From: Camelus dromedarius
Lineage: Eukaryota
DNA length: 64,000 nt
Reading direction: 5' to 3'
Assembly: GCF_036321535.1 (NCBI RefSeq)
Contig: NC_087437.1
Location: forward strand, 97,838,001-97,902,000
A program made the position numbers and the translations under genes. The notes beneath the pieces were generated by a model. It was not told the origin of the DNA. It was given only the letters and a program-made list of their open reading frames with translations, and did no database searches. Shown here piece after piece: positions 1 through 62,299 of the stretch (position 1 is its first letter; each line of letters opens with the position of its first letter).

Positions 1-802
1 CCTGGAGATAATGTAAGAGGGAGTAGAGTCTACAGAAGTGAGACCATATGGTTCCTTAGAGATTGTTTAACAACAAAGGGCACTCAAGGATCAAAGGAAT
101 ACAGCAATCCAAGCTGGTTTGTTTAGTGGATCCTGCAGTAAGGATGAAGATTTAATTCCAAGTCCATCAAACAAGCAGCAGAAGACATTATGACCTGTAG
201 TGTTAGGACACCCTAGGATAGCACATGCAGGTGGCTCTGATATAAGGCAGCCTTTCTTCTGAGTCTCTTAGCCTACATCCATTTTCCAGAGGGACTAATC
301 GGGGTTGCTAAATTTCCCCTCTCCTTTATAGATTTTAGGATTCCATTTTTTTTATCATATTTATATAACTTCAAGATCCTTAAGGGCTGTCAGAGTGGGA
401 TCAGATGACCCATATTCATGTGACATTGGCCCTATTTCATCAGGGATTTGTATTTGGACCAGGGTAAAGCTGGCCTCATACCCTTTTCTTGACAAGGGGC
501 GGGGTGTTCAAAAGTTGTTGTTCTGTATCCATCCACATGACTGCTGCTACTTTGGAAGAAAGTTCAGGGAATATCATTTTTTAAGATTTGTGGGAAAGAA
601 CATAGGTCTCCTTCCACTTGATCTTTGGGTCTCAAACCTCAGATTGTGTTACCCTTAGCTCCCAGGTGCAGGCTCCATGAGGATTCTTGAGGACTTCAAA
701 AGCAGCATCAGTTAGTCCTCAGCTTAATGTGGGCAGTCTAGGGGCGTTCTTCCATCAGATGCCATCCAATATAAGATTTTGTGATTTAAAAAATATTCTT
801 TA

Positions 803-945
803 TCTGCACTGCCCAGTACAGTAGCCACTAGTCACATATAGTTGTTAAACCTTTGAAATGTGATTAGTAAGACTAAGGAAGTAAAATGTTAATTTAAAGT
901 AAATTTAAATTTAATGACCATGTCTAGACTGCCTACATTAGTGGT
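803..945. mobile_element. hAT-Charlie MITE (MER3-like)
   Basis: ctgcactgcccagtacagtagccactagtcacatatag...gaaatgtgattagt resembles the MER3/MER33 terminus (recognition). Confidence 0.6.
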
Positions 946-2458
946 TTAAAGGTTTGCTCTTCCCTTAATTGTGGTAATTATAAAATACAAATAAAATTGA
1001 TAAAAGTCTGTTCCATTCTTTAAAATAGAGATACTTAGTTGTGGTCAGAAAGACGTGAGGCAGAATCCAAATCCTGCACTTAGTGAGTCAGAAAGAGAAT
1101 CCTGCATACAAAAGAACTGAAAAAAAATGAATTCCCCTAGATTTATGAGGATCCATCTTTATGTACATCATGTCTCATTAGAAGTTTGACAACCACTGTT
1201 TGAGAATCACTGGGATAGAAACTTTTAGGGCCCTTTCAGCTCTACATTATATGACATCTGTGACTTATTGCTAGGATGGTCAGGAAAATATCATGGTTAA
1301 CATTGCATAATATTCTGCAATGGGTGTCTGAAGGATAAACTGCATGAGGCAGAGGCTCTACTGTTGGAAATACATGGGGTGGGGAGGTACAGAAATGAGT
1401 ACAAATCCTGCTCAGAAGATGATGATAGATTCATTTAGCTAGAGGCTCTGTTTCATGTACAGGATAATGGGGAGGGATAGAGTGGTAAGACAGAAGAAAT
1501 TACATGTTTTTTAAAGAACCTTGAAAAAAATATTGTAAAAATATAATTTAATTCTATAGGAAATTGGGATTCATTTGTGCCACGGGGTGGATGATCAGGA
1601 GAAAAGAATTGAGAATGATATGGTTGGAAATAAGGAGTACCTTGGAGCTATTTCAGTAGTTCAGGAAATAAAAATACAAACCAGGGCCATGGCAATGAGT
1701 CCATAAAGGGACAGCTATGTAAGAGGGAGAACGTAAAATTGCAAAGCCAATTTCATCACCAGATGATAAAATGAACCATTAGTGAATTGTGCTCAGTAAT
1801 AAACAAGACATTTCCTGTCTGTATAAAGGGTTTTTGAGGCTGGGAGCCATACCTGGTTCATCTGAGTCTTCTTAGAGCATAATTCAATCGATGAAATGAG
1901 TGAAGTTTAAAAAAGTGATGAGTCACATACTTGTGTTTTACCCTCCTGAGTTGGTGCCTGACAAGGGTCATTCTGCCCAGTGTCATTCGAGCCAGTGAAA
2001 GAAACCAAATTCAGTTCAGAAGCAAAGGAAAGCTTCATTCTCTGATCAGAGAATGGAGAGGCACAAGCTCACTCTGGAATACAAGCTTTCCCTGGCAGGC
2101 TGTGGGCGGGGCTGGTTTATAGGGCTCTCCTCAGCGGGATAGGGAGGAGGCAGAGTTCTCGCGGGACTGGCAGAGCTGCGCTGCTCATGCGCCAGCTCTC
2201 AGTGCCGCTGCCATCTTGAATTGTGGTGTTGGTGGCAGTGCTCCTGCACACGGTCCCTGAGCAGAAGTATGGGGGCAGCCGTTCTGCACTAGGAACTGTG
2301 GTCTGAAGGGCTGGGGTGGGGCAAAGCCCCTGCATGCGGCCCACTATGAGGAAGGGAAACCAGACTAAGCCCAAAAGAAGAAGGAAAAACGGTTGGACTT
2401 TATTTTATTGCCCAGATTCCCTGGGAATTGTTAATGGACTTTGCCAGGGACAGTTGTG

Positions 2459-2459
<1 letters not shown>

Positions 2460-2510
<51 letters not shown>
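2460..2510. repeat. (GT)~25 microsatellite
   Basis: Perfect GT run. Confidence 0.98.
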
Positions 2511-2514
<4 letters not shown>

Positions 2515-2630
2515 CAATAGGAGGGCATTTATTTGCTTCCTTGGATAATTTCTTTGAACTACTCAATCTTTTAGTATTTGCATAAATACTTTAGTACTGT
2601 TTATCTTTTTCTTTTTAGAAAAGCAGGAGA

Positions 2631-2794
2631 GGTCGCTCTCACTCTGTGGCACTCACCTTCTGAGATGGCCTGCACTCTGTCTGTGGAGTGTGTGTGTCCT
2701 AAGCCATTTTCCCTTCTGAGTGAGGCTGACTGCTCTCTGTCTACGGAGTGTGTATCTCTCTAAATAAACTTGCTTTCACTTAAAAAAAAAAGAA
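2631..2794 (+). mobile_element. 5'-truncated, polyadenylated retrocopy of a MER41-like ERV1 LTR R region
   Basis: AATAAACTTGCTTTCACTT followed by poly(A); 14-bp TSD at 2617-2630 and 2795-2808; similar to the LTR at 58215-58340. Confidence 0.8.
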
Positions 2795-3230
2795 AGAAAA
2801 GTGGGAGAAAAGAGTTTATATTTGTTTATAATGATAAGTTGGGGGTGGATTCTAGTAGAGATCAATGGGTCACTCTAAAAAATGCCATAGTCTTAATGAA
2901 ATGAAAATTATTGCTCTTGGATTTCCATTGTTTTACTTGGCCACATTAAGTGGTCAGTAACTTAGGAAGATTAAAAAGCTACAATTGGAGGAGACATGGC
3001 TAGAGGCTTAACTATCGTAGTGGCTAGTATTTTTACACTTTTTTTCCTCTTGTGGGAGTAGTATTTATTCGGTTTTATCATCAGCACAACTAGCTGAAAT
3101 GTAAAGGAGGATTGACCGCTGTGGTAGCCATGGAGCTTAGGGGGACCTGATACCTGGTGAACCTCCCATGTCTGTGTGCTTGTTTTCCCTGGCTTTATAT
3201 TACTCATTTATTGAATAAATAGGTTTTTAA

Positions 3231-3391
3231 GCTATTTTTAAAATTAAGTTTATTTCTTTTGTTTTTTGGGAGGAGGGAGGTAATTATGTTTATTTATTTA
3301 CGTACTTTTTTTGGAGTAGGTACTGGGGATTGAACCCAGGACCTTGTGCATGCTAATCATGCTCTCTACCACTTTAAACTATATCCTTCCC
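3231..3391 (-). mobile_element. Camelid tRNA-derived SINE (Vic-1-like)
   Basis: Minus strand reads GGGAAGGATATAG...GTGGTAGAG...GGTCCTGGGTTCAATCCCCAGTACC...AAATAAATAAACATAATTACCTCCC; flanked by ttgaataaat direct repeats at 3211 and 3392. Confidence 0.85.
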
Positions 3392-4149
3392 TTGAATAAA
3401 TTGATTTTGAGCGCCTCCTGTTATCTCATTTACTCTTGTTAGACCCAGCTCTCAGTCTTGTCTCTTTAAATCAGTGTGGTGGAAATTCCTTAAAACTTTT
3501 GGTGTATGTATGGTCTTTTGCCTCATTTCCAGTACAAATACCAAATTTTCACTATTTTTAGTTATTTATACATTTCACTGGGAATTTTAGATAACTAGGA
3601 ATTTAAACAAATGAATTTCTAATATCAACCTTGGTAAAAAGTTACCAATAATTAACCTGGAGGATATTGAATTCAATTTACAAGTATTAAATAAAGTACA
3701 CAGAGGAAAAGTGAGAATTAGGCCTTGGAAAAAAAGAAAAGAAGTATTTCTATCTGCTCCATGAAGCCTTTCTAACACTTTTATCTTTCTGAATACCCAT
3801 GGCCTTCGTAGCTATTGTTATAATCAGCCTATGTGTAGGATATGTGCATAGGAGGGGGCTAAACTCTGCAACAAGATTATAATAATCTCTTTAAGAATTG
3901 GTGTTGTATCATTTAAAAAATTAATAATCATTGGATATTCATTGATTTACTTGTGTACTTTGTATTGATAAACTTTGGATGGTTTAGCATTATAGGAGTG
4001 CCAACAAGCAGAAGGAGAGCTCAGTGCTGGAAATCTAGAACTGATTTCTTCCGTAGTCTTGCAATCCGCAAATTGTAAAGGGCTCTTGGTGACATATTTG
4101 CATGATCTACAGAACTCTCTAAGTATTTTGCTTCTTTTTTTTCCCCCAG

Positions 4150-56255
<52,106 letters not shown>

Positions 56256-56280
56256 TTTTGGATTGTGCTTGATTATACCA

Positions 56281-56286
56281 AATAAA
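56281..56286 (+). terminator. Candidate proximal polyadenylation signal
   Basis: AATAAA 25 nt after the stop codon, embedded in an A-run. Confidence 0.4.
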
Positions 56287-57180
56287 AAAAAATCAGTATT
56301 TGAAAAAATAATGACAGGGAAGAAATGCAAAAAAAGTGGGCAAAAAACCACTGGTCAGCACAAATAGGGATAAGCACCCTCACTGTAACCATCCAGGGCT
56401 GCACTCAGCCTTCTTTCTTCCATTCGTGCCCTCAGGGGTCTCTGCCTTTTCTCTGTTGCCTAAGTACTCAATGCCATTTACCCTTTAGGTCTCTATTTGA
56501 GAGGCACCTTCTCCAGAGTATCCTCTGATTTCCACCCCTGCTGTCCAGTCTGATCCAGACGCCCCTTTTCTGTGCTCTGACTACCCCCTTGTGCATACCT
56601 TTATCACGGCAGAGACCATACTCTGTTTTAATTCTTTTAGCCTGTCTCTGCACTAAGTGTACTTGAAGTCAAGTGCCCAGTTTCAGCCGAGTTTGTGTGT
56701 TAGGTTCCTAGCATAGTGCCTCTCAGATCGTTGATACTCAACAAACATGTGTAGATTGAGTGACTAGGTGTTTTAGTATAATAATATATGGGCACTGACA
56801 TACATATTTACTATGTGTTGAGTTACTGTACAGTGTATAAAATTATGGAGGAATCAGAAAAAACATTGAGTTATTCAGTTGCTTTTTTAGAAAGATTAAT
56901 TATATGTTAACTGAATTTTATGATGTGCTTTATTTAAAAATAATATTTTATAATATTTTTACTGTTTCCTTTTATATTTTTTATGGGACATCATTTTTTG
57001 GCTAGAGTTAACCTCAGTGGGTTATGTATCAGAAATTGTTAAATTTCTAGTACTAATTATATTTTGAAGGGCTTTTTAATTTGGTGGTTTTATATAATAG
57101 AAGCAACATTATTTCTCTGAATTGCCCTTCAAATTTGAGGTTTTCAAACTTGAATAGTATTTTCCTTTCAAGGTGATTTT

Positions 57181-57186
57181 AATAAA
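57181..57186 (+). terminator. Candidate distal polyadenylation signal
   Basis: AATAAA after a long AU-rich stretch, with a U-rich tract downstream (about 57215-57245). Confidence 0.45.
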
Positions 57187-57684
57187 GTATTTTAATATGT
57201 TAAGATCTATCAACCATTTCTTTTATCCTCTTTTTCTCCTTCCTATGCAACAACTTTTTACAACTTCATTTTATCCCCTAAAGGTACTTATGAAAATTTT
57301 CCTTAAATTATAAATCCCTTTATTAACTCAAGCTTCCTTCCTTAGAATTTGTCACTTAAAATGTTGTCCTGTCTTTGTAATCCCTGAACTGCCTGCCGCT
57401 ATGTTTTGTACTCTGTAAACATTGAGTAAATATGTGTTGAATTCCATTAAGAAAGGGAACTGGATATTTCATTAACGAGTGAAAATAAAGCAAAAATAAA
57501 TTTTAAAAATTACTAAGCCAAAATTACTCAAGGAAATGTTATTGTGTTTTATTTTTTTATTTTTTATTTTTTGTGTTTTAAAATATTAATATTTCATTTT
57601 CATTTCAATTGTGTATGAAACTGAACAGGACTCTCTGGCGCCTTCCCAGGAACAGAAACAAAACAGCCAAGCAGTTACTATTAC

Positions 57685-58966
57685 TGAGGCAGGAAAAACT
57701 GATGTGGCATGTGAGGAGGGCCATGTCCCAGGTCTCGATTGAGCTGCTGGGACGTGCACCACCAAGTGTGTGTCCTTGGCTTACGCAGGAAGGAATTCAA
57801 GAGTGAGCCACAGTTGAGTAAAGGTAGAGTTATTTAGGGAAGAGAAAGTAAGATGGCAGGGCACAGCCATTCAAGGAATGCTACAGCAATTAACATCAAA
57901 TTGGTGAAAGATTCAACCCCCAGTAGACCTTGAGGCTCAAGATGTTGAGAGATTTAACTTCTAGTAGATCTTGAGCTTCATTATAGGCCCATTGTAATAT
58001 ATTAACATGGTGAGTAACATGCCCACAGGCACCATGGCAGTCCCAAGGCTAGCCACAAAAGGTCAAAGAGTGGGAAATGGCCAACTTCCTGGGAATCCCA
58101 GTCCCTTCCCCAGGCTACTTAGACTGGTCCTTCCACTTACTAGCATTTGAAGCCACCAAGCCCATAAAAACTAGCAACACGGCGCCTCTGCCAGCCCCTC
58201 TCTCCCCCTCGTTGGAGATGGCCCACATTCTGTCTATGGAATGTGTACCTACTTTTAATCTGAGCACCCAACACCCATATCTCGTGGCCTTTCTCTTGCC
58301 TTTCAGTGTATCTCTATGAATAAATCTACCTTTACTCAACAGTAGCTCTCTCTTAAATTCTTTCCTGTGTGAAGCCAAGGACCCACACTTGGCGGGGCAT
58401 GTCCCAGGGGCTCAGCCGAAGCCTGGGACACAGCCCTTCTCACGCCCCACATCTGTGTTCTTGCATCAGAGAGATATGTACTGTACAGAATGTATATAGG
58501 CTGTTTCAAAAGGCAAGAAAAAGGCCATGAGGTGAGAGGTGGGTGCTCAGGTTAAAATAAAAGTAGGTACACACTCCATAGACAGAGTGCAGCTTGTCTC
58601 CGGATATGAGGGAGAGAAAGAGTTGACCAAGAGTCATGGTGTTGCCAGTTTTCAGTGGGCTCATAGCTTCACATGCCTGCAAATGGGAGGACTATTCCAA
58701 TTACCCTGGGGAAGGGGCTGGGATTCCCAGGAATCGGGTCACTGACCACTCTTTTGCCTTGGGATTGTCATGGCACCTACGAGCATGCTATTTATCATGC
58801 CAATATATTACAATGAGGATATAATGAAGGTCAAGTTCTGCTAGAAGGCAAACCTCCCGCCATCTTAATCCTCAAGGGCAACTGGGAGTTGAATCTTCCA
58901 CCATGTTGGTGTTAATTGCTATCATTCCTTGAACGGCTGTGCTCTGCCCTCTTCCCTCCAGTCTCA
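57685..58966 (-). mobile_element. MER41-like ERV1 solo LTR (host copy, split into 57685-57840 and 58469-58966)
   Basis: Minus strand begins TGAGAC and ends GCCTCA; 4-bp flanks TTAC/TTAT; colinear inverted match to the inner LTR. Confidence 0.85.
57841..58468 (+). mobile_element. MER41-like ERV1 solo LTR (628 bp) inserted into the host LTR in opposite orientation
   Basis: Ends TGCATCA; flanks GGGA/GAGA; CATAAAA at 58163 and AATAAA at 58319; blocks cattata..attgtaatatattaacatg..cccacaggcaccatggcagt and aattctttcctgtgtgaagccaaggaccc resemble the recalled MER41 consensus. Confidence 0.85.
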
Positions 58967-60396
58967 TTATTATTTTACTCTTTCTCGTTCCTTCCAGTTC
59001 TCCTAGTTCCCTCTTTTCTGGCTGTCGTTTTCTAAGCAAGTGGATCATCTGTAGAATACAAAAATAAGGACTTTCGGCTACATTGTGAGCCACATTTCTC
59101 TACATCTTTTCATAAGGATGAAGACTATCTTGGTAGTTCCTGTGGTGGCTGATGAGCTGCTGGGTTAATGAGGCCACAGTAATGGGTATGAACCGGGTAA
59201 AGGCTGACTGGCTTCTCTTGCTGACAATGGCTGACCAGGTAACTAGGTTTGCTCACTTGTTGTTTACAGACAGACCAGACTGAGCATGTGCTTAGTTATC
59301 ACAGTAGATCAAAGATAGGAACCTTTTATCTCATGAAGGCAGCACAAAGAGGAACATAAACGTGAACAGGTATCTGAGTAAAACAAAAATAGATCATAAA
59401 TTTAAAAAATATTTGTGATATTTGTGAAAATTTTAAATATAGTTTTTCCAAAATGTTTAAAAGGAAAATGACAAATATGTACTTTTGTGTGTCAAGGATC
59501 GATTTTTGAATCCATGTTTATAAAACTCAGCTCATTATGAATACACTTGTGAATGATTATTGGTTTATTGCTATTTTTCAACTCTGATATACATAGTAGA
59601 AAATGTAATGTGGTGGTCAGAGAGTAGGACAAAATGAACGATTTGGAATGCCTGACAGTGGAGGGCCACAGGAACTAGGCATACAAAGTAACACAGCTTC
59701 AGTCACCACTAATTCTTTGGACATCTGCTTCTAGCTTCCTGTTCTGAGCATTTGTGGGGATTTCAGACCAGCCTCTGCTTTCCCTGTATCGCCATAGCTA
59801 TGACTTTGCAGAGGTAATGGACAAGAATTAAAGTTGGCCATGGTGCGTAAGAGCTTGAAAACTTGTTTCACATACTTCCACTTTTTAGTAGAAACAGTTC
59901 CTTTTTATTCCCTCTTGGCCCGAAGCAGAAGTCCAACAAATGACAATTTGACCAAATGTTTAACCACATTGTAAAGTTTAAAAACACAAGAAAGAAAAGA
60001 AAGAAGTAAGTGTAAACAACTAAGGGGCTTGTTTTCTTTAAGTGTAAAGAAGTCTCAAGGAGGAAAGGACTGAGTTGGCCAGAGTGCTTCCATAACACCA
60101 CTGGCTGCTTCTGCCTTTTGCTCAACCACCCATTATATATCTGTTGATTTATGGCTGCAAACCCATTGCTTTATCTCCAGCATCATGTCTGCATTTCAAG
60201 AAGAAAGGAGTGGTGAGAAGCAAGATGTTTGTATAATCTAAATGTGTAAACGTTAAAAAAAGAAACAGCCTGTGTACCTACTGATTTATATGGTTACATG
60301 TTTACATCTCAATGGTCAGAATCATGTCACAGCCATCCATAGCTGCAGAAGAAGATGGGAAATAACTTTTAAAGTAGGGGATATTGCCACTCCAAA

Positions 60397-60432
60397 AAAC
60401 AAACAAACAAACAAACAAACAAACAAACAAAC
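60397..60432. repeat. (AAAC)9 microsatellite
   Basis: Direct reading. Confidence 0.9.
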
Positions 60433-61339
60433 AAAAAAACCAGGTTCTAGAAGTAAGAGTGAATAGAAAAGATATTGCAGTAGCATTTAGCAGGTCTGCC
60501 ACAACTACATTTTGCCACAAAGCATTTTTCAAACACTACAAAATTATCTTAATTTATCTACTTGGGAGACAAAGGAAGGGTAGTGGTTACAACTAATAAT
60601 TAACTCAAATTCCCAGTTTCCAATACTACAGAGATCTGTTAGACAATATAAGTAAATGGATGAACTCATAACAGAAGTGTATGTGTGTGTGTGTGTGTGT
60701 CTATGTTTATATATAAATATATATAGTTCTAAAATTATAGGTGTTATACCATTTGAAACAATTTAGGTCTTTCAGTTTAGCCAAATAGTAGTTAATTCAA
60801 TGAGGTGTAAAACAAACTGCGTTTGTTCCTGCTTTAACATCCAAATAAGTTGATGTGATGCAACTGTCTATTCTTTCCAAAACTAAATTTATGTTTATGA
60901 AGGCAAATTTATTTTTTCTCATATTTCATCAGAATTCTCAATAGTTTGCAGAAGTTTTAGACCCATAGAATCAGGGGCTTGAGGATATTTGGGAAAATAG
61001 CCCATTTTTTGGGTAGCATTTCCTTATAATCTCACATAAAATTAGCAAGTCATTGAACTTCTTTGTTCATGTCCCTATCTTTTTACCATCTCTATTCACA
61101 ATATTTAGCACTTTCTGTACGAGGCACTCACAAAAAGCCACTGAAGTAGGTACCATCATCTCTATTTTGTATTTAAAAGATCTGTAAATTCAAATTTGCT
61201 TGTCAGAAATGTAAAAGATTAAATAGCAAAAGCGAAATCTTTAACATTATCTGATAAACAAAAGGTCTTTCATGGATACTATCCAGGGTTTATTACTGAA
61301 CAAAAAAGGCACTGTAGGAGTGTATGATGGGATGGATAA

Positions 61340-61490
61340 GGCAACATAGCATTGGCACTGAGCATGAACTGGATTTGAATCATAGTTCTGCTATCTATTA
61401 GCTGTGTAATTCTGGGAAAATTACCTAATGCATCTGTGCCTTAATTTCCCTATTTGAAAATGGGGATAATAGTACCTACTCATGTTTATT
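61340..61490. mobile_element. MIR SINE fragment
   Basis: ctggatttgaatcatagttctgcta..tagctgtgtaattctgggaaaattacctaa..tctgtgccttaatttccc...aaaatggggataatagtacctac. Confidence 0.75.
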
Positions 61491-62299
61491 GGTACAAAAC
61501 TAATAGCAAGCATTCTATTATCTATTGTTGAATAACACGTTAATACAAAATGTAGTGAATCAGGAATCTGGAAACTGCTTAGCTGGGTGATTCTGGCTTA
61601 GGGTCTTTCATGAAATTACACTGAAATCTCAACTGTGGCTACATCATTTGAAGCCTCCAACATTGGTAAGTCAGGATCATAGGGAGCCACACTAGAAGCC
61701 ACCTAACTCAATGTGGCAATGTCATTTGTTAATGGAAATAAATATGATGTGTCACTGTATTTCTACTGTATCTGAATCCCTCAGCAATGGCAGGGATAGT
61801 TCAAAACAACTATGAAGGAATCACAGGAACTAGTGATTGGAGAATCAAATCTACTACTATCTTTAAGGGTTCATTTGAAAAGACTACATTAATCAAATGA
61901 ATTTCTTTTAAAAAAATTGTATTGAGCATTTTGTCTAAAGAATAACAAACTTTACTAGGGAAGTATAAAGTATTAACCACCGATCAAAGGATTAGTCTAC
62001 TACGCAAGATTATTAATCATCTCAATTAGTTTAAATCTTGGCTCCATTACAGTCAGAAGCCATTAATGGATTTTGGAGACACTGTTCATATAATACAGAA
62101 AATGTCTCTTCTAAATAAGGGAAATAAGTAGAAAAGTAAGCAATACCAGAGACATTCAGGATGCAAGGAACTAGGCAATAGCTGCTGAGGGCACATGCCA
62201 TGAGCATCAGATCAGCTCTATTCCTAATTCCTTTCTTATTTACATACCACAAAGATGTACTCTGGCCTAGTCCGGAATGGAAAATAAAGGACACAGTTT

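Noticed and set aside
3320..3391. tRNA gene (also 13300-13363)
   Set aside because: The A/B boxes belong to SINE heads with A-rich tails and TSDs, and there is no complete cloverleaf.
1..4149. An additional upstream ABCC13 exon or a processed pseudogene
   Set aside because: I found no AG/GT-bounded segment encoding the expected preceding TMD1 peptide. The 1-770 block is unexplained, but I recognised no protein in it.
57614..57660. Start of a third LTR (tgaaactgaacaggactctctgg) resembling the LTR start at 55057
   Set aside because: Only about 45 nt of similarity, and I could not trace a continuation beyond 58966.
58086..58733. Canonical STAT1 GAS (TTC-N3-GAA) sites as in primate MER41
   Set aside because: The spacer is 4 nt in both copies and the second MER41 GAS position is degenerate, so it is reported as an N4 motif instead.
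58077..59093. Cluster of short ORFs sharing KVGTHSIDR
   Set aside because: These are by-products of the inverted LTR pair, not proteins.
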